Source: Squalus acanthias
Taxonomy: Eukaryota
Direction: 5' to 3'
NCBI GenBank assembly: GCA_030390025.1
Contig: CM059427.1
Location: 57,660,001 to 57,724,000, forward strand
DNA length: 64,000 nt
Below are positions 37,646-49,366 of this stretch, piece after piece. Both the position numbers and the translations under genes were made by a program. The number at the start of each line of letters is the position of its first letter. Position 1 is the stretch's first letter. The notes under the pieces are model-generated. The model searched no databases and was not told the origin of the DNA. It worked only from the letters and a program-made list of their open reading frames with translations.

Positions 37646-40534
37646 TTCTATTCCTTTTTTCCAAATTTCGGCCAAATTGTGACAAAGCATGGCGAACTCA
37701 AAAGGGCAGCCTTAAAAACGTGTTTAATTTGTTCTACTTCTCTGCCAAATTGTAGGAAAAAACAAGGTGAATGGATATTCAGATTTGCACCCCACTCCCC
37801 CCTCACTTCCCCATCGCTTCCTACATAAACAGGTTCTGCAGTAGGCGCTAGCCACAATCAGCATTATTATCTGCTTCTGTATTGTATCCTCTAACTTGTT
37901 TGATCAGGTACATGTCTGTAGGGTTGAGGGGGCAAGGTATTCTAGCGATGACTCTGAAGTATCCTTAGGCTTTGAGCCTGGGAAACAAAAAAGAAGGAAC
38001 TTTAGAAACAGCTGTTAGAATGTACATGTATGACAAATGAAATTTCTGGGGTTTAGGTCAGCAAATTGTGTTTGGACCTTTCAGAGGATATGGTCAAGCT
38101 CGTAGGCAGAACATACACTGAAGCTTGCATTCCTTTGTGCTAATTATTCATCAAGGAGGGTTAAAATTCAGCTTACATTACATTGATTAGGTTTCTCCGC
38201 TCACCCGCCCCCCACCTCACCATTTTCTCAATGAGTGTTGTTTGTCACTATATCTTTGGCCTGGAAATTGGGCTGTTGATTTCCACCTGATTGGTACAAA
38301 TGTAGTCCATCATCAGCTAACAGAAGAAGTAATCGAGTGAGGTAAGTCGCTCCTTCATTGTCTCCCATTCCCCAAGATGAAATGCTTCAATACGATCTGT
38401 TGCTCCATCTAAGGGCGCAGCTTAGAGCTTCCGAAACTCACCAATGGAGCTAAGAGAGTGTGAATGGCAGTCTGCGCTGGGCAGGTCCAGTTGATGCCAT
38501 TCCGTCTGCGAGGTCAGGTGCTCGTGCATTTCTGCTATTATGCTGCCACAGTAGCTATATAATAATGACGGCCCCTTACCAAAATATTTTGCACAGCTTA
38601 ATAATCCTGCGCGACCCAGACAACCATTTTGGTAAGCTGCACAACCACCAGAATGGCCCAGGCTTTCCAATAATGGCGGTGTCCAAATGACATCGCTGCT
38701 GTGCCACAAGTCGACTGCGCTCAGCAGCCAATGCAATGACGTTGACACTCAGCAAAGACGTCATCGCGCCAAACTGTTTCCTGACTTGCGATCAAGCAAA
38801 TTAGATGGCATGGGGGCATCAAGTGTGAAGATAACACATTAATTGCAGGCTTGTAAATAGAGCTGGCAGCTGATTCAATTGTCTTCAACTGAATGGAGTT
38901 TAAATAAATTTAACAGGGGTCAAATGCTGGGGAAAAAAAAAGTAAAAACAGAACGTTGTAAAGGTCTGATCTTCTTCAAAGTGTTAAACCTCCTGCCTTT
39001 ACAGATCATCATCTTTATGTGTCAGCCTGTGCAGCAATTCTTCTACCAGAAAACGCAGAAACTTTAAATTATGATAAAAGCATTTCCTAAATATATTCTT
39101 TCTCTACTAAATACTGAAAGAACAGATTGAAGTTTTTACATCAAAGGCTATCCTACTTTTTCTTTCTAAGTATTCCTATTCTCCAGTGGAGCTCTCAGTT
39201 GCTTTCTCTTGCACTCAGCACCATGCTTTATGCTCCCAAAGGGAACAGTACCTGAACTATTGGATCATCTACATTTCAAGACCTCGAGTCAATCCTGGGC
39301 TTAACGTTGATTAATGTGCATGCAAATGGCACCAGGCGGCACTGGAACGAAAGATCATTTTTTTTAGTGTATCAGTAGTAAAATCGCTTAAAGCTGACCA
39401 ACAAAACTCCCCGAAAAGCCCTTTCAATAAATTATCAATCAAACCCAGAATACTAATAATGATTTATAGTCCAGCCAGCTCTTCAGAGCTCTTTTGTTTC
39501 CACTAAGGCATAAAACATTACATCCAAGAGCAACAGTAATGAAAGTCACTCAGCCAGATTCGCCTTCAGCCTTTTCCTCAGTGAATCTCAACTTTCACTA
39601 GAACTTCCTTTACAAAATAGCTTATACAGGGGTGACTAAAATCAAACTGTACCTTTAACTGAAGAAATGACAGCCGAGTCCATAAGGAAATGCCTTACTG
39701 CAAATAAGCCCTCATGGTCCCATGCAGTTAGAGACCTGAAACGAACACCTTCCATCAGCAGCAAAACATTTTTTTTTTTTAAATCCGAAGTTCACTTCTG
39801 GTTGGGGCAACCTATACTCAAATGCCTTGTAATCCTCTCAGCTAAGAATCATATTTAGTTCTGGTGCTGGGAATTAACAAGAGCCTTCTCTGTCTGGCAC
39901 GGCTAACAGGCAATGTGTTGCTTTCTAACCCATCAGTTGCATGGGATGTAAATGGACATTCACCTGATTGGATGGAGGCAATTTGTCGTGCTTAAAAAAA
40001 AAGAGATTTGGAAGTATGTTAATCACCTGAATGGCTCAAAGGGGAGGTGTGCGCATTTGCAAATTGGAAATGAGGTCATTGTCTGCTAGGTTTCCAGGGG
40101 GTGTTGGGTGTTGTTAAACCGACAAAGATGCAGCTGACTGTATCGGGCTCACCTCACGACCCACCAGACTGGGCAAGAAGTGACAGAAGTGAAAGGCACA
40201 GAAGCAGACGCTCGATACATTACGGGGCCCGCTTTGTGGCAGGGAAAACAAGCACAAAAGCAGGAAATTCAGCGATGTGTAAATGGAACAATGAGAAGGG
40301 AGAAATTCAATAATTTCTGTCAGGAGGCAGTGACTGAAGCTGGACTTTAATTGAATTAAAGTCCCATTATTTGTTCAATCCCGAGCAACAGGCTAGCAAA
40401 GCAAGGTTTGCTCAACTGTTCTGAGGTACCACCTTTCCTCACCCCGTAATACTCAGCCATCTGTGCACACATCCACACATGTTCTATCTCACGACAAATG
40501 CACTGGGCCCCTATCAAGCAAGGACGCCAAAAAA

Positions 40535-40560
40535 ACACACACACACATACACACACACAC
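40535..40560. repeat. (CA)n microsatellite
   Basis: Read directly from the sequence. Confidence 0.9.
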
Positions 40561-40657
40561 AAAAGCTCTGCAGGCCTCCCTCAGGTCCAAAGAGCAGGGG
40601 AAAAAAAACTCTTTGCTTGTCACACAGGTGAGCCAGCAACCACATCCTATCAGCCTT

Positions 40658-40797
40658 NNNNNNNNNNNNNNNNNNNNNNNNNNNNNNNNNNNNNNNNNNN
40701 NNNNNNNNNNNNNNNNNNNNNNNNNNNNNNNNNNNNNNNNNNNNNNNNNNNNNNNNNNNNNNNNNNNNNNNNNNNNNNNNNNNNNNNNNNNNNNNNN
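40658..40797. other. Assembly gap (140 N)
   Basis: Run of N. Confidence 1.
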
Positions 40798-41950
40798 GCA
40801 GTCTGCCTTCCCCTACGTGATTTCGGCTGTCAGTTATTGGGCATAATTACTGTAACTAACCAAATACACACAAAACGTTGAGAATATAAAATTGTTACAG
40901 TTTCGCCTGTGTGCAAGCTGGTACTTTGCTGTCACAAAGGGGCCAATTTCTTTTTAGAAAATAAAGGTCTCTTTTTAGCTTCCTAGGGCTTTTAAAAAGG
41001 CAGCGACTAAATTAAGTATCTTATCTGCTCCCATGCATAATTTAATCAGTATTTTTGTTGCACTCCTCCCCTCGATACACTGGTGCAAACAGTGAGAAAG
41101 CTGGCAGATTTTGAACAGGTATGAAAAAAAAAGAATTTAAAAGAGGTAAGCACGTGGGCAGGGCATATACACAGCTCAAACTCGACATTTGCCATTAGCA
41201 AATTAGTTCGTAGTTTTTTCAAATTTGCTGCTGAAGATTCTCTCCACGGATGTATTTGCGAAGCAGCTGAAATCACTCATAAGCATTTACTAGGCCACAA
41301 AAATGTCTTTATTCATTAAATACCTACTGCACCATACCGATCCACTAGTTATAATTAACTAGGGCAACATCACCGCTGTTGCAAAAAAAAGAGCCCAGAA
41401 GAGTCAAATGTGACATTAGTTGCAACATCGTGATTGACTGGATGGTGTATTTCCATGTCTCATGTCAATGCAATTTAAATTACGGACTCATAACATGCAT
41501 TTACAAAGCAGCAGGAGAAAGTTTTCCATATAACTTTTTGGTGCTGACAGTGATCCTTTAATGTATTCAATTAGTTAAAACTTTTAAGTTCAAACATGTC
41601 TATCCAATCTTGAAATGCTCCCATTGCTTAACAAGTGCACATTTTAATAAAGATCATTTTTAGCATCATTTATACATTTATTAATTTTATCAGTTTAAAA
41701 TGTATTTTACTTCCCTCCCACCTCCCCTGCCTTTCTTGATCTCCTCAGGTTCAAACACGTGCACACCCGCACACACACAAACCCTGCAGGCCTCCCTGCC
41801 ATTACTGCAGCCTGCAAGGGCAGTCTTTAACCCTGTAACATAGCACATGGAGCACTGTGATATAATGTCACTAGGGGTTTTCAAGGCAGCATAGTGGAGG
41901 TTCCAGTTCCATGACTTTGAAAATGGTTCTTGGTGTGAACTTTTCCTCTT

Positions 41951-43055
41951 GGACTCCTCCACTGGCTCAGTGGGTGAAAGTACCATTTGGTATGCTACTG
42001 AATCACACAGACAAGGAGGGTAACAGCTTCCATCCCTGTTTTGTGCTGAGTTAGCTGATTCAGTCGGGGTGGACATAGGGGGCCACAATTGCTTTCAGTG
42101 CTCCTAGGCATAGGAGATACTGAGAAATGTAGACCTTGGAATGCATGTCCACAGATCCCTGAAGGTAGCATGACAGGTAGATAAGGTGGTTAAGAAGGCA
42201 TACGGGATACTTTCCTTTATTAGCTGAGGCACAGAATACAAGAGCAGAGAGGTTATGCTAGAACTGTATAAAACACTAGTTAAGCCACAGCTAGAGTACT
42301 GCATTCAATTCTGGTCACCACATTGCAGGCAAGATGTGATTGCACTAGAGGGGGTACAGAGGAGATGTACGAGGATGTTGCCAGGACTGGAGATTTTTAG
42401 CTGTGAGGAAAGATTGGATAGGCTGGGATTGTTTTCTTTGGAACAGAGGAGGCTGAAGGGAGACTTAATTGAGGTGTATAAAATTATGAGGGGCCTAGAT
42501 TGATGTGGATAGGAAGGACCTATTTCCCTTAGCAAAGAGGTCAATAACCAGGGGGTATAGATTTAAAATAATTGGTAGAAGGATTAGAGGGGAGTTGAGG
42601 AGAAATATTTTTACCCAGAGGCGGGTGGGGGCCTGGAACGCACTGCCTGAAAGGGTGGTAGAGGCAGAAACCCTCATCACATTTAAAAGTACTTGGATAT
42701 GCACTTGAAGTGTCGTAACCTGCAAGGCTATAGACCAAGAGCTGGAAAGTCAGTTTAGGCTGGACAGCTCTTTTTCGACCGGCGCAGACATGATGGGCCA
42801 AATAACCGCCTTCGGTGCTGTAAATTTTTATGATTCTTCTATGATTCTAAGAGAATTCAGCCGAGTTTCTATTCCCAATTGCTGCCCAATAGCCCCTACT
42901 GGAAAGTGTGAATGTTGGGTGACAACAGCATCTGGCTTCGTCGCGATATTTCATACAATTGTTTAGCTTGCTGACATTTTCTATCTAAGTCCAAACATTT
43001 AGAATGACCACTTGGGCAAGGCATCAGAGGGTGGTTGGTCTTTGTGGAACTTCAG
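41951..43055 (+). mobile_element. Old tRNA-derived SINE split by a CR1 insertion (halves ~41951-42117 and ~42850-43055)
   Basis: Head with A-box-like tggctcagtggg. Body breaks after cagtgctcctagg and resumes at aattcagccgagttt...cccctactggaaagtgtg...agaatgaccacttgggcaagg. Confidence 0.72.
42118..42849 (+). mobile_element. CR1 LINE 3' fragment (~730 bp)
   Basis: Encodes LYKTLVKPQLEYCIQFWSPH..LEGVQRR.TRMLPGL..EERLDRLGLFSLEQRRLKGDLIEVYKIMRG..RNIFTQR.VGAWNALP. tatgattc tail. Confidence 0.95.
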
Positions 43056-43103
43056 GCCGAAAAGCGTAAAAAAGGTGGCAGATGAGAGAATAGAAGACTC
43101 AAT

Positions 43104-43271
43104 GGGATAGATTTGTAACGTGCCTCCTGAGCGTAACACTGGCATACCGGATAGGCCGCCCATTATAGAAACCATTATTGAAAGCAATGGGAATGGAAAT
43201 CGGCCGGTTTCTATAACAGGCGATCAACAACACCAGTTTTACGGCCAGGCGGCAAGTTGAAAATCTACACC
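43104..43271. mobile_element. ~168-bp fold-back (whole-element palindromic) MITE
   Basis: gggatagatttgtaacgtgcctcctgagcgtaacactgg...ttatagaaacc pairs imperfectly with ggtttctataa...ccagtttacggccaggcggcaagttgaaaatctacacc. Centre is ccattattgaaagcaatgg. Confidence 0.75.
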
Positions 43272-43541
43272 TTAATGTTTTCAGATTTGATGTTATGAAA
43301 GATTTCCTGTTGGGGTCCATTCTTACTATAGGTTGAACATGGAAGTGTTGCCACTTGCACCGCTGTGGATCCACAACACCTTTTTGTACACCTGGAATCT
43401 TTACCCATGGATGTGTGGCTTTGCAAGAGTAATATATTGGGGAAACGTGTCTACTGTGGAGAAGATGATCTCACATGACACTCTCATAAGCTCCACAACA
43501 AATAAGAAAAATTTGACAAAAGTGTTTGAATGTGTGCTGAT

Positions 43542-43907
43542 CTGGTAATGTGGGCTACTCTCTGCTAATGTGGGCCACTCTCTCTACTGATGTGGGGCTT
43601 CTCTCTGAAGAAGTGCAACCACGCTCTCTGCTAATGTAGGGTTTTCCTCCAGTAATATGGGGCAGCGCTCTCTGCTGGTGTGGGGGCCACTCTCTATGCT
43701 AATGTGGGGCTGCTCTCTTCTAATGTGAGGCCGCTCTCCGCTAATGTTGGGCAGCACTCTATGCTAACATGGAGCTTTCTGCTGTTGACAGGGACCACTC
43801 TCTCTGCTAACTTGGGGCTGCTCTTGCTTGTTAATATGGGACCATGCTCCTTGGGAATGTGCGCCATGCTCTCTGCTAACTTGGGGCTGCTCTCTCTGCT
43901 AACATGG
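43542..43907. repeat. Degenerate minisatellite, ~21-23-bp unit (ctgctaatgtggggccrctctct)
   Basis: Roughly 16-17 imperfect tandem units are visible. Confidence 0.88.
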
Positions 43908-46577
43908 AATTAATTTTTGATGGCTGTTCTCAATTTACATCTCTTCCAAGTCCACCATCAAAAAAGACCCATCAGATGTGCTCGATGGGAGATGATGAAA
44001 CATATAGGGTAAGGTTTTAGTCCCAGACTCTCTTGCAAATGTCACTGTCCCTTTAAAGAGGCACCAGCCTTTCTGTTGAGTATTCTGCCAGTTTACAAAA
44101 ATGAAATAAGTATATAAGAAAGCATGGGCCAAAAATATACCATTTGGACCATCGAACCTCCTCCTGTAAATTCACAGATCCCAGGCTGAAAGAGAGCATG
44201 GGCCGAGAAATTGGCACTGTATGTTGTATCCCGATTTCCAACCCGCACTCTCGTCAAGCACAGCTCTCTGATGAGGAGCATGGGATCAGTGAACTTACCC
44301 TATGCAATCTATCTTATTACAGACACTTTGCCACCTATTTAATCTCCTGAGGTAAAGTTCTGTATGAATACTCCTCAATGTCTAAAGGTAATCAAGTGAA
44401 ACTCCATAATATTTGTCGAAGTAAGGCAAAATGGCATCCACCTTAATGTCTAAAAATACAGAGTCAGTAATGTGCGATTTCTGGGATCCGTTAATCTGCT
44501 CAACTTCCAACCAAATCCAACATTAAAGATCTTAAAATCCATTATCTGCTGTGAGAATTGTTACAGTACCTCCTTCTGATCCTTGATTTTATTTCCATTT
44601 CATTTCACTAACCTATGTGCTGCCTAAAAAACAAGCTCAGCACACGTCCGGTTAGTTGGTTAAGTTTAATTCAAGCAAAGTATCTAATATCAATGAGTAG
44701 ATTCACTGGAATGAGACCTTGTGCTGTTTAGGGAGAAGGCACTGCAGTGTTGGATTTTTATGTTGTTGTACTGTTCTCTGCTTATTTTTTGTTTAAGATA
44801 AAAATATATTTTTCCCCACTAGCACATCTGGGTAATACTCAGGGAAAGCTTATTTTCAAGTCTGCTTCTGAGTTAATAGCTTTCACCTAACTTTCATCTG
44901 CCCTTTCACACCTGCTGTATCGTTTCTCTCAACTGGTCACAATGAACGTTTTTTCTAGCTATCCCAAATGGTTCCACACCATCCCGCAACACTTGCCTAA
45001 AACACTGGCATGAGCATTCGCTCGCAGCGCCTTGTGCAGACATTTTTAGAAATCTGGTTGTTATGGATATAACTGTTCAAAAGTTGAAACACTTATCTGT
45101 GGTCTTTCTCTGAAGCCTGGCCTCTTACGCCACTCGGATTCAGATCCCTTTCCTCTTAGTTTCAGCTGTTCTGGGAGGCCTGTATGGCCCGATGCCACCA
45201 GCAGCCTGCTGAACCCTATCTCTCAGGTACTGGAATCTGCTGACGCAGACAGTAAACTGGCGCTCATCAGCTAAACACAGGGTGTGGCAAAAGTCAGGCA
45301 GTTAGTCACACTGTACTGCTATCAGCTTCCTTTCTCTTGTAGGGGAGGCTTGACTTTTTTCACGTGTGCAAAGCAGTCAATACTATTACTAGGAGTCCCC
45401 TCCCCCCCTACATCTTCTAAGATATGAACATTTGGCAGATCACTAATGCTTCCAACTTACTGTCCCATTTTGGTATCAGTGAATAAATAAGTGTAAAAAA
45501 TATCGAGAACCATATATTGATGTATTCAGAGTGTATTTTTTATGTATATATATATATATTCACAAGTTTAAACAAGGTCTAACTTTCAAATGGGTGATTG
45601 GACTATCAAATAGTGATAAAGATTGAGGAAAAGAAGTCTAGCTTATTCTTGAAACAGCCTTCTTACAACAGTACACTGGTGAGAGGGAGAGAGAGAGAAA
45701 AAAGAGCCAAGAAGTGTGCTTAATATAGCAAGTAACTTGCTTGTGACAAGGCAGTAAAAATTCCATTAGAATAGCATGAACAGACCCTTTTCGCTTGGTA
45801 TCCCATATACTGAGCACAGCAAAAATAATAAGATAACTTACATTTTTCAATTATTCATTTATAGCACCCCATAAATGCACTACTCTGCATAACTTTAACC
45901 TCATGCTTCAAATTCAATCCACTTGCTAAATATATATTTAGTAAAGACTAATTTATATGCTAACACATCAAGCATATGTTGAACACTGTTTCAACACAAC
46001 ACAGTTCCACACAGCTTGAGTTATAAGTAAAGAATGTTTCAAAGAGTAATTTAATAGCAGTTGCTTCCTTTTACCATACAAACTAAACGAGAACTGGAGG
46101 ACTGGAAGTTTTGCTTTTGCCAGTCTTTAGTTTGCTAAAAAATCTGTAACACAATACCTAATTAAAATTGTGAACGCTCCCAGCATTTTGTTCCCACAGA
46201 TTCCATTTACCTTCCTGGAAATGTCAGAATATCAGCGACACAGAGCTGGAAAACAATCTGAATTATTCAAGGTTGTTTTGCATTCCTTTTGGGAACTATT
46301 TAATGAAGCTTCTTGATTTGACCGTAGTGTGTTAATGTATCCACGTTACAAAAGGCAATGGCTACCGCAGCGTTAACATTGTCCAAAATTTGCTTTGAAC
46401 TGCCACGTAACACACAACTGGAGATAATCACTTCCTTTGGAAGTCCGGACAAGGTCAATCTAGATTTCAAATTGCTACTTCCCAATTTGTTGGCAATCAG
46501 CGAGGCAGGTAGAACGGTCTGTATCATGACAATATCTCCATGACAGTGCTCTTACATGATCAGTTGGATTGCTGCGT

Positions 46578-46775
46578 GATATAAATGTGAGAAGTCGCAC
46601 AACACCAGGTTATAGTCCAACAGCTTTATTTGAAATCACAAGCTTTCGGAGCGCTGCTCCTTCGTCAGGTGATTTCAAATAAAGCTGTTGGACTATAACC
46701 TGGTGTTGTGCGACTTCTCACTTTTGTCCACCCCAGTCCAACACCGGCATCTCCGCATCATGGATATAAATGTGA
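46578..46775. mobile_element. Penelope-like element remnant (inverted + direct pseudo-LTR end, tail) with 13-bp TSD
   Basis: TSD gatataaatgtga at 46578-46590 and 46763-46775. Perfect 53-bp inverted arms at 46587-46639 and 46669-46721. Hammerhead core followed by AATAAA, as is typical of PLE termini. Tail at 46722-46762. Confidence 0.88.
46637..46671 (-). ncRNA. Minimal type I hammerhead ribozyme motif (PLE-associated)
   Basis: Minus strand reads CAC-CUGACGA-A-GGAGC-AGC-GCUCC-GAAA-GC-UU-GUG: intact catalytic boxes, 5-bp helix II, palindromic minimal helix III. Predicted cleavage between 46640 and 46639. Confidence 0.8.
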
Positions 46776-49180
46776 TGAGCCAAAACCGTTTTTTTTTTAA
46801 GTTATCATAAAGTGCCAACATTTATGGAAACAGTCATTTTATTGCTCCCCTCCCCTGCCAAGAGTTGGCACACTCACCCACTTGAGGGCCTGCCTTTGTC
46901 TGCTTTGCTCCCGAATCAGATACCTTCCAGGGACCTGGCCCAGCAATCTCTGGGTCAACCTTTAACCAGTTTGTGGTACTGAGCCAGGGGAGTGATGTCT
47001 CCAAATTAAACTGACATATGTGTCCAAAAAGAACAGAGTCTTCCAGTCACAAAGTCCTCTATTTCAGGTAGGGGCCACAGGTTTGCCTGGCTGTGAATAC
47101 GACTCAATATGTGTCTTCATCTAATTAAAGGGACTACCCTTAAACTTTGCTAAAATAGTATTTTTGCTGTTGTGACTCACACAATTTCTATGGAGCATTA
47201 CATTCCAGGACTGCTTTGGGGACTTGGCCATTATTTTCAAGACTTAAACATTTGTACAAATGACGCACTGGGGAGATGGTTTCCAGGTGATATACACTTA
47301 CCAGATTAAAAGAAAACGGAAGCTGGGTCAGAGCTTGCAACCCAATACTTTTAAAAGTAAACTTTCATTTGTTTGCCTTTTGGAGTGGGAGGGGAAAACG
47401 ACAAAAAAAATTCACTTATATATATTTGCAAAAAATAAAAACTATGAATTAAAATCTTTGAAAATATACATCCTAATGCAATGAATCTCGAGTTACTATT
47501 TCATCACAAAGAACAAAGTTACCCCCATATATATATACATATATATAGATAGATAGATAGCACCAAATTCCTCCTTTTGAACGACTGTGTTTATGTGGCC
47601 ACAATTGATAAGGTGCTGCACTACTTGTATCACAAAACAATCAAAATCAGGTCTTTGGAAACATTCCAAAACAAATTGTTCCAGAACAGCCTTTTTGTTC
47701 CCTTTCCTGGAAATATTCCTGATCGAGTTTAAAGACAATAGGAAAATCAGTGTGAAGACACATTCTGAACAGCATCTGTGCTTTGAGCTGTGCCGTAAGC
47801 TGCCATAAGAGGATTGTAAGGAGGTCAAGGGGACCTGCTCTCTCAGGGGCTGAAAGATCAGAGAAAATGCTGTCCAGGTGAGGCCCAGGCCCCTGTTCAG
47901 GCTCATCTGAGTTTTTATTCAAATGGAAATGAGAGTGTAAAACACATCTGTTCCCCTCCTGTGCCAGAACCCTTGTCACCTGAATAGCATCCCCACCAGG
48001 TATCAACGAGATGCAGGAAATGGCTTTCCTTTTCATCCCACCTCTCCGCAATGAGTAAATGAGTGCCCGACAAGAAGGCCCAGCTTCCCCATGTCTCTTC
48101 AATCTACTACTTTTTGATCAGGAGCACGAAAGACTGAATATGTGTGAATGCTTAGGTACCTGGGGTATGGAAAGTGGTAATTAGCCCAGCAGGATAATTG
48201 ATGTGTAGATTACGCAGAGAACAAATGCTTTGACTTGTTTGTTCTTCTTAACACTCCGAAACAGATTCTTTTTTTTTATTAATGAACACTTACCTACCTG
48301 GTTAAACTGATGAGAAACCATGCTGTACATTAAATGGAAGGCTGCTCATCACTCTGCTCTGCTGTGCTGCCCTGGTGTGTTCTTTTTCTCTTCTATAACT
48401 GAATGCATATTACCTTCCAATGCACACCGCCCCCCCACCCCCCACCCCCCACCTTCTCCCCATAAGTCTCAACCAACTGAATTAAAAGTTTGACGACCAC
48501 AATGTTGCAGGTTTCAAAACTGGGAGGATTCCCTTTTTATCTCATTATGTGTCTCCACTGGCAGGTTCTTGTGCTCTTCGTCATTCAATCTTAGCCTTAT
48601 TTTCAATCATCGCTGTGTATTTGGGAAATTATAAAATGTGACCCACACGTGCTGCTTTGAAACTTTACTTTTCACAAGGTACTCCAGCCGAGGAGGGGGT
48701 TGGGAGAAATCTAACTCCTCGAGTGATCCCCACGGAGCTTCCAATCTGCTCTTAAGCCAAGGAAATGGGAAGCAGCGAGGATGCAAAGTGTTAACGCAGT
48801 ACGCAACTTATTTCAGAAAAGACTCAAAAGCCAAGTACCTTATTGCATTCCCATCCCCACCTCAAGAAAAATAATTAAACCGTTGTTGCAAAAGAGATCA
48901 AAAAAAATACCATCAAAACAAACCCAATAAAAAGCAATGCCACGTTTATTAATCCTTTGCCCTCACTTGGGACAAAACATTCCACTGAAATGAATGTTTT
49001 TGGGAGGGGGGAGGAGGTCAGAAACATCTCCAACAAGGCAGTTCTGTTTAGAAGCAGCAAGAAAATAAAGAAGACTCTGCCACTTTAAATGTGCTTTTTT
49101 TTAAAAAAAAGACTCCAGTTCAATATTGATTTGAATAGGTATTAGATCAAAACCGGTACAGATGGTTACCAGGAGCAGTT

Positions 49181-49366
49181 GAGCTTCTGATAAAGCAGTC
49201 TAAACAAAATCTCCTGTGCACACATGCACAAAAGGGCTGCTTCATTTTTAACTAACTTGTTATTGAACCTGTCTGAGGTGGTTCCAAGCAAGCTGGGTTA
49301 AATTCAATTGGATTCTTTTTGCACATGTGCACACAGGAGACTCAATTCAGATAAGCTTATCAGCTC
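49181..49366. repeat. Decayed ~186-bp palindrome
   Basis: Three nested inverted blocks around a ~10-nt loop at 49270-49279. Confidence 0.75.

Noticed and set aside
38258-38790. GC-rich block as a CpG-island promoter
   Set aside because: Short, begins with a TIR-like ggcctggaaatt and looks like a decayed MITE; no right terminus or promoter evidence, so left uncalled.
40463-40881. 127-aa ORFs
   Set aside because: Artefacts of the N gap and the (CA)n repeat.
42255-42708. RT-like ORFs as a functional gene
   Set aside because: 5'-truncated CR1 ORF2 fragments interrupted by stop codons.
43542-43907. CRISPR-like array
   Set aside because: Vertebrate intron; units are adjacent and degenerate with no unique spacers and no cas genes.
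46587-46721. Pre-miRNA or bacterial-type terminator
   Set aside because: The TSD, hammerhead core, AATAAA and tail are better explained by a Penelope-like insertion.
47496-48102. 136- and 151-aa minus-strand ORFs as the missing ZEB2 exon 2 or a nested gene
   Set aside because: No ZEB2 N-terminal motif or recognisable domain; lengths are compatible with chance.
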